Assembly: GCA_964187785.1 (NCBI GenBank)
Contig: OZ076409.1
Coordinates: 21,950,001 to 22,014,000 of the forward strand
DNA length: 64,000 nucleotides
Reading direction: 5' to 3'
Origin: Amphiscolops sp. MND2022
Taxonomy: Eukaryota
Part shown: in pieces, positions 1 through 12,804 of the stretch
Position numbering within the stretch: the first letter of the stretch is position 1
Layout: each line of letters begins with the position of its first letter
Program-made: the position numbers and the translations under genes
Notes under the pieces: generated by a model
Seen by the model: only the letters and a program-made list of their open reading frames with translations
Told to the model about the DNA's origin: nothing
Database searches by the model: none

Positions 1-52
1 AAGCCATGACTATAGTCGACTCTTTTCTCCAGAAAAGCGCCGACTAAAAAAA
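1..52 (-). mobile_element. Terminus of a HINE/DINE-1-like (Helentron-associated) non-autonomous element, cut by the window edge
   Basis: AAGCCATGACTATAGTCGACTCTTTTCT recurs at ~9859-9886. GCGCCGACT (37-45) is the reverse complement of AGTCGGCGC (9442-9450) and is followed by an A-run. Confidence 0.55.
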
Positions 53-2191
53 AACAAACTTTGAATCTTTACTTCAAAAACGCTTTCACTGACCACTCAC
101 ACACATTTTCCAAATTAAGTTCATAGTTTCGAATTCTCGGAATTTACGTGGTGAAAAAAATTGCGTTCAACCGGAGGAGAAATGTGTATTCAACTCACAG
201 GTAAGAGATGAGGGATCTCGGTATTGGTTGGTTCCGTCAACTGCGCCAGTCGGTACAAGTTGCGATGCAGTGCTTGGTATAGACTAAAGCAGCAAATATT
301 CAATCATTTAATTAAATTGTATCAAAAACAAAGAAATTGAAGACATTTCCAACACATTCTTCTGGTAGCTCTCTCCTGTTACTCTACGTTTTCCATCAGA
401 AGTTAAGAAAATATCTCTGCAAGTATCTTCTCTACCATTTGCCGTAAACTTCAAACTTCAACGCCACACCTTATTGTTTAGCTACGTTCTTCAAACCTCA
501 TTCTGAAGTAGTGATATTTCTAAAAGCAACAAAAGGCAAATCTCAAAATGGAATATCTCTAAAACAGCAGCGATTTTTGAAAAATGATAAAAGTGAAAGT
601 TTCTTAGATTTTTATCTAGTTTACAAATAGGTTTATTTGAAGGTTATGCGATGAAAATTGTAAAAGTTAGGATATGCCATTTTTAACCAAATTTAGGTCA
701 AAATTGAGGTTTTTCTCACTTTTAGTCAACTTTTGCTTGAAATTTTAGAGAAATTTTATGTGCAATCGACCCCCCTGATTTAACTGAAACCCTTGATATG
801 TTTTGATTCAGAAATCATCTTAAAATGGTAGAAAAAATACGCTGTAAAATTAGACTTTTTCAAAAATACATGTATTAAGATATGATTTTGAACTTTATCA
901 ACTTACAACTAGCTCATACTAATACAATTCAGAATATTTTCGAGAAAAAATTATATTGTCAGATTCGAAATGTTTGGGAGAATTTTTCTATCTAAATTAT
1001 TTTGAAATAAAAAATTGTAAGTGGGTCGAAAATTCAAAAAAATTTCCACACTTTTGAAATAATTATGCAAAGACTAATACATAAAGACTTCGAATGATTG
1101 CTGAATAAAAATTATAACTTTGATGATAATTTCGAATCCGAAATTTCTAAATACAAATAAATGTATATCATTAGTCACTGTCAAATTTCAGTTTTGCGTT
1201 CTCAGTGAGATTCTCCTTAGTAACGGAAAGCGAGACACCACAGATCCATGTACTTTTAGCCACCTTATGCCATTTACCACTATAATTTCAATCACTTGAA
1301 AGTTGGAATATCGGACAATTTTCATCATTGGATAAACATTCTAACCAAAACCGTTAAAACACTGTAAAGAAGCTCTGCAGTTTGCGTCATATTGGCACCA
1401 TGCCAAAAGTATTTAAAGACGAGTCACTCCTTCAACTCAGGCAATTTTCGCTTATTAAAAAACACGTGGTTTGAACGCACACTGTCCCTTTTTAAATAGA
1501 GGAAAATGAAGAAACGATTTCACAAAGGACCTTAGAAAACTCACTGAAAACTGTCGATGCCTTTTCCACATTGTTGGTTTTCGGTTATTGTTTTGATCAA
1601 TTCGCAGTTCTCGTCTAGAAGCTGAAACAAATGAAAAAATTGATCATTATGATAACAAAACTTTTACTTTTTACTGTAAAGAGTTTTTACAAAAGAGTTT
1701 TTACTTTTTAATGTTAAATTTTGGGGAAAATAGCTGTATAAAACTGTTTACAGAAAATGGTAACAAATTCTGTCAAATAGTAGAGACTGGTTCTAGCTGA
1801 TATCACCAATGACAATGCTATGATGTCATCAAATGATGGGAAACTGAGCTGAGGACCACGTGACTTCAAAATGTTTTTCCAATGACATCAACTTGCCAGT
1901 ATTTTTAAACCAAGTTCTGTTAGCCATCAAACAGTTTGCAAGTTGGTGCAACTAAAACTATATTCTACAGTACAATTTAAATTCTATGCATTATGGAATA
2001 TTCCTGTAAGCATTGTCTATACATGATGCAACATTCGAACTAGCGGTTAGAGCAAGACGGCGAGAGAAGGAGCGTGCAACATTTTAGCTAGATAGAATTG
2101 TCACAGCAACAGTTACACGCAATAGAAGTTATCACATTTTCACTATTATTGTTGTTGGTGAGTTGCTCTATCTAGTTCATTTTTGAAACCG

Positions 2192-3550
2192 ATGAAGGAA
2201 GCTGAAAGGCTAGCAACCGAGGATTCCGCCCAGAAAACAGAGGGAAGGTAAGCCATAGACCGCAAATAACTGACTAAATTCCAATTTTAAATTAAATAGT
2301 CAAAATTTATACTTTTCAAGTTCACATACAGATGAATCTGCCTAATTCATATCGCTATGGACCGAATAGAATAGTAGGAAAAACGAGAAATACGAATTAA
2401 CCCGATATTTCTTCGTTCGTGGCGGATTGGGGGTCTCATACATACGAATAAAACGAAGATCCGAATTATCCGGACGACTGTAATATGTATCAAATCGGTA
2501 TATATTAAACATGGGTGACCTCTTGGTCAAAACAAGACATGCTTTCAAAAGTATTGTAGAGAAACTTTCTCACTTAACAATAAATTATTTGAAGTTCAGT
2601 TCCTTTAATCGTCAAAAATCATTTGCATAATTATTTCACAGCCCAATGTGAAGTGTCGAATTCATTTTCACATCCATTGTCTAAATTGAAAAGTTGAATT
2701 CCAGTTCAAAGAGAAATTCAACCTTATAATCAAAGGAAGCCGCGTAAACGCAACTGAGAAGCAACAACCTGAAGTTTTTCATTCCTATTGAAAACGAGTA
2801 CGGCCCGATCCGAAGCGGTGAGACTGAAATATGGCCATGGCGTTTTCCTGAAATCGGCGACGTTTAGATTTGAACCCCGACCTTCCCTGATAACCTTTGT
2901 ATTTTAGGACTTTTCGCCTGAATAAAAAAAATTATGAAGTCTATCAGTTCGAGGTGTGTTGAAACAAAAAAAGCACTTCTAAGAGAACTTCCAACAAAGA
3001 GTCGACTAAAAACACGACAACCAACTTCGTGAAACCAAAAATACTATTTAATTTTTCTTCGAAGGTACCATTGAAACCTTCGATCGCCTTGTACAGGGCT
3101 CAGAAACCGCTAAAATTCTCCGGTTCTTCCACATATTCCCAATCCCGTTAATGATCACTGGTTGATTACAGACCACCAGTCAAGCTATCAGTGGACGATC
3201 TGTTTGCACGGGAAGAAGACGAGATAATAAAGCAATGGCAAATTTTCAACAAAGAATTCAGGGAAGAATTTTGTGTTCTTTTGGCTCAGACAAATGCCGA
3301 CAAAAAAGTAATCAGCCAGAAGGCGGAGGTTGTGTCCAAGGCCTACGTGGCTTGTGTCATGGACTACCGTAGCTCGGTTGTGAGACATGCCATTTTTGCC
3401 ATGGACGTCTTCACTCAGGTGCCGCGGGATGTAGTCAATAAAGAGAGGATATTTTCAGAGATATCGCGTCTTAAGGTATTTGAAAACCTTGCTCAATATA
3501 ACTTTGCAAACTTCATTTTGCGAAACTTGATATCAAGCCGTTTGAAATGA
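2192..3550 (+). CDS. Putative 2-exon gene, ~144 aa, unknown function (exons 2192-2247, 3172-3550)
   Basis: ATG at 2192 is open to GGAAG|GTAAG (phase 2). Acceptor TTACAG|A at 3172 is also phase 2 and joins in frame to the 119-aa ORF: MKEAERLATEDSAQKTEGRPPVKLSVDDLF...SSRLK*. Further upstream exons are not excluded. Confidence 0.6.
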
Positions 3551-6500
3551 GAGTATAATTTTCAATCACTCAAAAATGGTCTGAGTATTCAGTGTGACTC
3601 AAGTTTGGTGATACACAATTTAATAGGAGCTCAGACAAAGAACAGTCATAATTTGACGACTTTGTTTTGAAACGGATGTAGTTGAGAAATTTTTTCATGG
3701 TTGGAAATGTCTCCTTCAACTTAGGACGATTGGACCAAGTATAAGAAATTCTACGAAGTCATCAAACCTCTCGCATCTTCATCGTTCACGTCAAATTCAA
3801 ACTCCACCAAACTTCGCTGGCTTCGAGGTTTCCTCTGGTTCGTAACTTTTTCATAACTTTCAATTTCATATCAACTTTCCAATATAATGACAACCTTCTA
3901 TGACCTCAATGTTCGAAAATAGGAGAATGATAGGTCACTCGATAGCACTGACTTGCGTTTGGACAACGATGATATCAACGCTGTCGTGCAATGCAGTGGC
4001 TAAAGTTCTCACTCTGCAGAAAGAGAAACGTCTAGGTCAGAATGAGACACTGAATGAGAATAACAAACGCAATACACAGGCGGCTCTTACCACAGACCCA
4101 AACGGTATGATGACCGCAATTGGTAGCCAGTTCAACAAGGCACTTGTCTGGACACAGCCAGGCAGACAAACTTATCAGTACTGGGTGACTTTTATGACCC
4201 AAATGCACAGACAGAACTTGCGTCTGGCTCTCATTATCAACTTCATTTTTTACTGCACTATGTTACTGTGGTGGTTTTTCTAGATTTTACTTGACTCAAT
4301 GGGTTTCGGGGCAAAACTGATGATATAATTCAGAATCTTTTCAAAAGGTTTTTTGAGAACCAACTCTTAACTATGAAGCAATCAGACCTGTATTCCAATT
4401 TTCTACCGGCAGAAAGTTGCCAAAAAACGCACTCAACAATAGCTGGAGATGACGAAATTCGCAAGAAAAGCATGAGAGCATTTGCATCACACATGTGCTT
4501 GTTACTTGATTATTCATATTTCATCAAGGGATATATTACTCTGAAGAGATGCGTTTTAAAAAATCCTTCAATAGGATTTCCTATGAAAGAAACCCCATTA
4601 AAGGAATTTATATTTATAGGATCATGTTTAGGTTTTTATAGGATCCCATTTACTTGTCATCACAGGTCAAAGCCTACACCAAAGGACTAGGGAGCCATTT
4701 TCACATGATATGCAAATGAAATCTATCAGTCAGCTTTTAAAATTTCATTTGCCAAAACCACAGCCGGATAATCTCAATTTTCAATCAGCCAGTTTTTTCT
4801 TTGAGTCACAAACTTGAGCCTCGTAAATAGTAAGCATTCAAAAGGTCTCTCTTGGTTACCTGAGTAGGTTTTACGAAATTAAAAGCCAAAATGCCCCTTT
4901 AAATTTTTGATGTTCTAAATTACGAAAAACTCAAAAAGACTAAAGATCCCCTTCAGCTTGTTTCAATACTAGATTTTTTTAGAAAACAGCTGCTGAGCAT
5001 ATTAGAGACTTTGAGCTCAATGGTACCATTTTTTTCGAAATATCATGTATTCGATTGTGAAGATGCGGCTATGGCTCCGAACGGACAGAAACACGGTTCC
5101 ATTTGAACAACTACAGATGTCAATAAATGGCCAATACAGTAGACCGTAACGTCTTTCTAGAGCCGTTACATTCCCTCTAATGCTTAAAAATGACTGGAAC
5201 AATTGACTTTCATGAATGGTGGGTTTCTTGATGTTGAAAATAATTTGGAAACTTGAAATTTAGAGTCTATCTTAAGTTGCAACTGATCTATCTAAAAATT
5301 GGAAAACATCAAAAATGTTTGAAAGTTCTCAAAAACGAATTAACTTCAATCAATTGAATTGTATTTGGAAAATAAATTTATCATTTTAAATGTAAACAGC
5401 ACTTTGAAAATGTGAGCACTGATTGATAGCATTAATTTAGCAACCATTTATTTACACATATCTATAGTTTCGTAGGTCAGCGCTTTAAAGAATGAGAATT
5501 GCAAGCATTTACTGTCGAATAGAAAATCTAAACTGTAATTGGTATAGTATGAAACGCATAACAAATTAGAATTTTCCGTCAAGGTGCAAAATTAGGGCAG
5601 TAGAAATATGATTATCTGGAATATAGCAAGCCATGAGAACACAAAGAAGGACGTTCGGTCCAATCTAAATACGATACTAAAACTGCAAATAATTTAATTT
5701 AAGGGTCTGGAACTTTCATCATCCCGATTTTGTCTCCTTGCATAACTTCCTTATGGTTCAAAATGATGCCACTATGGTGATTCTTTTATTATAAGACATA
5801 ATCAAATGTAACTTACATTATGTAAGACACCCCTTCAATTTTCACAGCTCGCTTCCACGCAGGACAACCCCCCGAGTATGAGGCATAGATTTCTTACGAA
5901 GACAAAAGACCGCAAAATGTAGAAGAATCTTTTATTTTCGTTTCAGCAAAGAAGACGGTAATATTCGAATGTTGAATTACTTCGTTTAAAAGACGTAATT
6001 CGGCACATGCGAAATATACGGCATGTCTATATTGAGAGAAACCCAGTGAGCTTGGTGCTATTCCATTTTACAACCTCCAATAAAGTAAACGTTTAAAGGA
6101 ATTTTCGCTTCTTATCCCCTACTGTAAGAGATCTCTGTGTCTTGAGAAGAATAATTGAGTAAGTTCATTGAGGAAAGCACTGCTCATTAGTGTTTTGTAA
6201 TTGGAGAACAGCTTCCGTTTTGTTTGGACAGTTTGTTTCACTCTGATGATTACAATGCACCTTATTGGGTAAAATTGAACCCCAAAAAGGTGTTTTTTTT
6301 TTGGAAAAGCATCAAATTCAATGAATTCGAACTTTGAAAATAAAACAAAAATTCGAGTATCAAACTTTGAAAATACGAACGAAAACTACTAGAAAATAGT
6401 TTGAATTTAGTCAACTACATTCGATCAAATAGTACTTGTATTGTATTTATGATCAGGATAATGAAAGATCCACTGTAGCACGAAGCATAGTACTATTACA

Positions 6501-6851
6501 CCCGCATACAGACAAAAGCGTCCCAATTCACAGCGCCTAGCTAATGTTCGAGTTGAATTGTTCGGCCCATAATTGAACGTAATTGAAGGCGCTGACTGAA
6601 TATAATGCCTAATTTAACGTTTTTACACATATCGAATCCCAATAACAAACCAGTTGAACTGCTAATTTTGGAACTTCCGAAAAATTTTATACTCATTTCC
6701 TAATGGAGCAACCAGTCAATACATCGTGTTAAAAAACTGATTGTACTGACGAATTTCGTTGTAGCAAAGGAGCTATCACATGGTTAGTCACCTTTAATTG
6801 GGGCGCTTTTGGCCTTTTAATATAGGCGCTTTTGTCTGGTAATCACTACAA

Positions 6852-8898
6852 CTATTCGTTGTCGTAGATTTCGCCCTGCGATTCCTTGTGTTCACTGGTG
6901 GATGACGAGCAAGCAGATAAAGCTATGGGACTATCTCGAGTAGCGCTGTACTTGTGCGAGGTCTCTGACGAACTCATACTGCTGGAGCCGAAGTGTCTCC
7001 TCGTGATCGACGGGGTGTCGTCGCCTCCCGGCTGAATACAGTCGTTGTCGTCATCATCGACCTCGACGCGAATAACATTCGAGACAGGGTTGCTTTTGTT
7101 TTTAGCATTTTTTAAACTAGAAGGGCGTTTAAGACTAGATTGACTAGTCGAAGGTGATTTGGTAGCCGGTGTAAACTTGTATTCAGAATCGTCTTCGTCG
7201 CAAATACTGCTGGAATGATTGTCGTTGTCTAATGGGTCATCTGTAAAGTAGCACCTATCACTTTCTATCTCACTGTTTTCGCCTTCAGTCTCGTTGTCGA
7301 AGGCCAATTCAGGAGCGGTAGATGTGATTGTATGTATGGCACCAAACTGTTCGTACCTATAACTTTCCGCTTGTTCTAAAAACTTGCGTTTCGCTTTGCT
7401 ATCGATTTTGAATTTGGTCAGTCGTTCGATAAATTTTTCAGTTTTGAACCACTTGGCATCTGGATGTTGTAGCGCGTGGAGAAAGTCTTCAATGTTGTCT
7501 TCCTTGATCATGTCTTTGCACTTATGACAAACGATATACAAAATCAATATAGCTGTTTTGAACATGATGAACTTGCCTTCACATATGTAAATGTCCCATA
7601 TTCTTACACACAACTCCTGCGGCAAAGTTCGTACAAAAAGACAAAAAAACCACGCCTGCGCATACAAAGTAGGTTCGAATCCAAAGTTTGCAAGAATTTT
7701 GCTCTGTTTGGGTAAATACTTTTTCACCATTTGACCGAAAAGCCACAAATCGACAATGACTCCTTTCAAGCCAGGGGTGTTATAATCTCGCATGTAACGA
7801 TTGTCACTGTTGAGATAGTGCACGATCCAAAAGACCTTTTCCCACTCCCAATGATCTGCGTCTTTGCCTTCGTTGAAGACATTGAGGATAAAAGCAACGA
7901 GAGGACCCAGTCCTGAAAAGTCATATCAACCATTTTTTGCTTTATCCCGTTGAAATTTGTTGCAACTTTGACTATTCCAGTTTCTAACAATGAGGAATTA
8001 ATTTCTTTAATTCAGAAAGGAGTTTTTGGGCACAACGCTAAAGAAATTGCATAAAAATTGCATTAGATTCAGGATAAAAAGATAGTACACTTGACTTCAA
8101 CCCGGTTACGTTGCTTCTATGACATCGTCAAATCTTCAAATTTCAACTTATGGTTTCCGAAAACCAAACCTAAGTGTCTCGTTACTTTAACAGGAATTAA
8201 GAATAAAGCCAACCTTGGCAATAGCCGACGTCCGAGTTATGTACAGAGAAAGCAAAGAGTACTTTATTTAACGCCTTATATCCAATTCCATCTGCATTGT
8301 TGAATTTGTCATCTTCTGGGATACAGCGCCTGAGGTCTTTGAGAATGAGATCAGACCACTTGGGGTTAGGGTACACACCTGAGTAACTCCTGCATAAGTG
8401 CACCAGATGGTCATCGAAAGAGCCACTAAAGTTCAAGGACCCACGACGGGTATTTTGAGTAACGATAGGCGCAGTCGATAAACGGCTAGCCAATAAATAC
8501 CACAGGAAAGATCTGTCATTGCTCGGTAATCCTTTCAAACAGAACTTGCGGAGTTTTTTGTAATGCTTTTCCTTCACTTTGACTGGGTACTGACTGAAGT
8601 GCTTGAGAACCCATTGCGTACAACGCTGCTTTTTATTTGACTTTTTGAACTTTGAAGAAAGACTGTCGGGACTGAAATTAGAGCCAGACTCCCAGGCTTT
8701 AATAGTTGCGTCACGCTCATTTTTTGATAACGGCTGACTGGCAACTGATATAGACTCTGAATCACTACAGTCGGATGACACAATACTGTAACCGTCTCCG
8801 TCGTCCTCAGGGGAGTCTACGAAAGAAAACTTCGAAAGATCCTCGACACCTGCATCGTCAGAAGTATCAGCACTAGAAGGAACTACTGATTCGGCCAT
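6852..8898 (-). CDS. TBC-domain Rab GTPase-activating protein, 2 exons (8898-8214, 7912-6852)
   Basis: TBC motifs ILKDLRRC (IxxDxxR arginine finger) and VGYCQG (YxQ glutamine finger). Phase-1 intron CAAG|GTTGG...TTTTCAG|GA gives YCQGLGPLVAFIL. Later WFFCLF..LP..LCVRIWD motif and a Ser/acidic tail. Confidence 0.92.
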
Positions 8899-9418
8899 TC
8901 CAAAGGGAACGCAACAGGTCTCAAACGCTAGGGTAGGGTAGCATTATCAGACAAGGACGAGTTCCATCAAAGACTAGTACCATGCATGTGATAAACTTTT
9001 TGTTTTTATCTAACAAGTCCAATCCATTTAGCTCTAGTTAGATAAAATCTGAAATGCAAATTACTCAAATATTCAAAGAAGCAAACACGAGTGTGCGGCT
9101 AGTGAAAGACTGCCGTCGTTATCATTGTAAAGTAAATTTGAATTCTTTCATGTGGCATTCACAATGAACTCCACGTCTAACCATTCGGACGTTTCAAATC
9201 GAATGCTTGTCAGTGTAATTCTGCATTCTACAATTCTAACTTTGGAAATGTGAATTTGCAGAATTTTCAGGTCAACCAAACACAGATTTCGATTAAAGCA
9301 ATGCTCGAAGGTATAATTTACAGGGTACAATAGTACTAAAAATGTATCATTAACACAGTCTCACAACACCTTTTCAGGCGAAGCGAGGCGCCATTACATG
9401 ATGCAATCTGTTTGAGTT

Positions 9419-9886
9419 TAAAACAAGCCGGGACCGGCCCAAGTCGGCGCCATATCTAAGGCTCAAAAATAGCAAAAGGACTTCAATATGTCAAAGTATT
9501 GGTGAGTTGGGGACCCTTTTATGAATTTTTTTTTTGAAAAGTCTCACAATGCCGAAAAAAACTGAAAGGGTGGACCCTTTGGGGGTTTTCAACATCCATT
9601 TTGTCGCAAAACATCAAAAAACTGAAGGGGGGACCCTTTGGGGAAAAAAAATTCCGGAAAAAGTCTCACAATGCCGAAAAAAAATTGGAAGAGGGGACCC
9701 TTTGGTCTCGCCCGGTATGGTATGTTACGCGGGAAAATAGGAAAAACCTTTTTGGTTCAGTTCGCTAGGCCAAATAGTGCAATTTGGTGCAATAATATTT
9801 TGAACTTTTGTAGAACTATTTTGGTCAGTTCAGGTGGTCTTAAAAAAACACTAACGAAAAGCCATGACTATAGTCGACTCTTTTCT
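9419..9886 (-). mobile_element. HINE/DINE-1-like non-autonomous element (one end truncated)
   Basis: AAACAA end, GCCGG-GA-CCGGC hairpin (9427-9438), subterminal AGTCGGCGC (9442-9450), internal ~120-bp duplication (AAAAGTCTCACAATGCCGAAAAAAA at ~9537 and ~9659). Related copies at 1-52 and 27975-28383. Confidence 0.6.
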
Positions 9887-10501
9887 AAAAATACCTTCAG
9901 CCAAAAAAAGTTTGCGCTGCAAAGCTAATAAAAAGGAGTCGCTGTGAAAACGAATAGCACTAATTTACAAAGAATAATTTCTGGCTAGAAGTAAAGATTC
10001 AAAGCGCAGCACTTCAAGATTTAGATGATTTTCTAGATTAATAATTCGGTAGGCGAGTGAGTTTGAAAGACTACAACTTAAAACTTGATTTAATATTTAT
10101 TACACGGAGGATGAAGAATCACGAAGTTCTTTGTTTTCACAATAAAAAAGATGAGATAATTTTTATATTTTCGATAAAGTTTTGACGTTTTATAAACTTG
10201 GCATTTGATGTGCCGTAGATTCCAAAAACAGCTGAGACTGAATGAATTTAATTTCATTTCTATCGCAAGATCCTAAAATTAAAGTTTTTCATTACGATAA
10301 TTAAAAAATTCATTCAGGGACAGTTGTTGACATTGTAAGGAGACTATACAACAACGAACCAAAACCATACCATACCATATCAAAACCATTTGTTTCGATG
10401 CTGCCACTCTGACGCACAGAGCGCTTAGTTTCAGAAAAGATAGAGAAATGCAAGTAGAAAGTTAAAGACACTAAACAACCACTATCTAATGAAAAACTCA
10501 C

Positions 10502-10723
10502 TCGTTGTGCGCTTTCTTCTCCCGAAGCAACTCCGTTTTCCTCAATGGGTGCGGTTTCCTGTGGTTGGACAGAGGCCATGTTCGGAAGAGTTTCAATCGT
10601 ACCCTGATGCGCATTATACCCATGGGCAACATGAGGTCCGTCGCCATTCATTTGCCCATGTTGAGACGCTTCTGCAACTGAGGATCCACCGACAGTCATC
10701 AAAAAGCTGACAACTTTACGAAT
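10502..10723 (-). CDS. Possible isolated coding exon (74 codons), parent gene not determined
   Basis: Acceptor TTCTTTCAG|ATT and donor CGA|GTGAGT flank an open, GC-richer frame IRKVVSFLMTVGGSS...EESAQR. I could not join it confidently to another exon. Confidence 0.35.
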
Positions 10724-10768
10724 CTGAAAGAATTCATGAAAAGTCATGAAACATATGATCATGGTGAG

Positions 10769-12032
10769 CAGGGCCTGGCAATTAAAAATTGGAAAATAAC
10801 TGGAGACAAAAAACGTTTCAATTAATAATTGATGAAAATACTTGCCAATCAAAAATTGATACCAATAATTGCAATAATTGAGTCACATGAAACAGTAAAA
10901 AATGAAAACAAAAATCAATCGGAAAAAACAATTATGAAACGATATTAATCAGAAAGAACAGAATTGGCCGTTTTAACGGTCCAGTACCTTTTGTTCGCCC
11001 GAAGGAACAGCTGTTGTTCCAAATGTTCGGGGTTATATTCTGTCTCAAATCAATCAGAGCATAGTCTGCAGCACTAAAAAACCTCTCCAAAATATTGGAT
11101 GTCGGGAACAAGAAGCGATAGTTAAGGTATTTCGATTCATCCCCCTTTTTCTGCCTCTTTTGCAGAATTACTTCAGCGAAATCACTCGCTACTATTACCC
11201 GAGTTTGGTTTTCTTCGTCATCTTTGTTTTTTCAATCTTTTACATTGTGTTCGCAGTTATCAGCCACGCCACTTATTCGCAGGCGTTTTCTTAAAGATTT
11301 CGAGAACTTTTTCTAGAAAGGTCACATGCTCAGTCGCATTCATGACGATTTCATCCATCAGAGGCGAAAAAGACAGTAAAACTGAATTTGGTTCAGAGTT
11401 CTCCATGAAAGAAGCAAATACTTCCAGAAAATGAGTGCTATGATGAGTCCAACCATCAAATAGGAGTGCAAATCGATCGGGCAAACTCTTGGTGATAGCC
11501 TTCTCGACTTCTAATGTCAAGTGCATGTATTTCATCAGTTTTTCGACAAATTGGTTTCAAGTTGGTATATTTTCTTGTAAGATCACTCTCGACGAACACG
11601 AACTCGAATGGCTTGAGTTCCATACACACCCAATCCAACCAACCATACAAATTTTGAGCTTTTTTGCTTACGATGCCAAAGATTGGGTGACTCAATGTTG
11701 GCTGATCAGGTAGATTATTTACAACTTTCACTTTTCTGCTGATGTTACACTTTTATATGAGCACACAAATTGCTCCAACCTGTACCTTTTCGCTGCTTCA
11801 ATTTTTGGCCACATTTGCAAAGCCAAGTATCACGTTCATTTTCGAGTAATTTAAAGAATGTTTTACAGATCTCAGCTTGATTTTTCGACATGCTGACCTG
11901 AAATATACTGAAGAACATATATTGCATATATTGAAAGCACGCAATCAATTATTGATAATTGCAAAGAATAGTAATTAAATGATTGTTTATCAATTATTGC
12001 AAAAATTAACCATTTTTAATTCCCAGCCCCTG
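10769..12032 (-). mobile_element. hAT DNA transposon, internally deleted
   Basis: 21-bp TIRs (CAGGGCCTGGCAATTAAAAAT / CAGGGGCTGGGAATTAAAAAT) and a perfect 8-bp TSD ATGGTGAG (10761-10768, 12033-12040). Confidence 0.95.
10980..11891 (-). pseudogene. Fragmented hAT transposase
   Basis: BED-like WLCKCGQ...GWSNLCAHI, first catalytic Asp in LLFDGWT, C-terminal dimerisation motif FLFPTSNILERFFS (~11070-11115). Frameshifts, stops and missing middle. Confidence 0.88.
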
Positions 12033-12111
12033 ATGGTGAGTAACCCTCCGAAGGCTTGAAAGTGAGATCCTTTGTATCATGATTGCCTAATTGTTGTGAT
12101 AAACTTATTAA

Positions 12112-12804
12112 ATAGTTTCAGACGCGAAGCCGACTACTAGAACTGACTCTCAATCAGACGAAGAGGGGTCCACCCACCTAATCGAATGTACTGGCAAGGG
12201 TCCCGACAGGGGAAAGGGATGCCAATCCTGGGTCCCCACATGGCTCCCGAAAAAGATCCACAAGGGTTTCATGGACCGCCCCTTCCTATGTGGCTTCTGT
12301 GCAGCAGCTGAGGTGGCCGACTTGCAGTCCAAATTTTCCAAAATTACAGAAAAGCCTCAAATCAGCGGAGAGCTGTCCAGTCTTTTCAATGCCGATTCAA
12401 ACCAGCAATATGGAAGGCGGGACAATGTCCGCATATTTAGGGTGGAGGAGGCACCAAATGAGGACGCGTATCAGGCTGTGATCGATGTGGCAGAAAAGGG
12501 GGGATGTCAGGTATCCAGAGCGGACATCAGCATCTGCCATAGGGTTCCCAGCAGAAATGTGAAGCCTGGCCAAGGGCGCCCTATCATTGCAAAATTTGTA
12601 AGGAGACAGAACAAAATCGGGCTGATGACCAACAAAAAGAAGCTCAAGGATAGTGAAAATAAAGTTTATATCAACTATGATCTCACGCTACTACAAGCAA
12701 GGTTGGCTAAGGCATTGAGGCAAAGACAAGATGTAACTTCTGTTAACATGATTAACGAAAAAATTGTGGTGTATCAACAAAATGATAAAAAAAACTGTCT
12801 TTGA
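12112..12804 (+). CDS. LINE ORF1 (partial PHD-like finger plus L1/Tnp22-type RRM region)
   Basis: The frame is open from 12112 (first ATG 12271): LIECTG..CQSWVP..FLCGFC, then QYGRRDNVRIF, DISICHRV and RPIIAKF, typical of LINE ORF1. Confidence 0.8.
   Translation: MVSDAKPTTRTDSQSDEEGSTHLIECTGKGPDRGKGCQSWVPTWLPKKIHKGFMDRPFLCGFCAAAEVADLQSKFSKITEKPQISGELSSLFNADSNQQYGRRDNVRIFRVEEAPNEDAYQAVIDVAEKGGCQVSRADISICHRVPSRNVKPGQGRPIIAKFVRRQNKIGLMTNKKKLKDSENKVYINYDLTLLQARLAKALRQRQDVTSVNMINEKIVVYQQNDKKNCL

Noticed and set aside
3900..4690. ORFs of 127 and 105 aa
   Set aside because: No recognisable motifs or convincing splice context.
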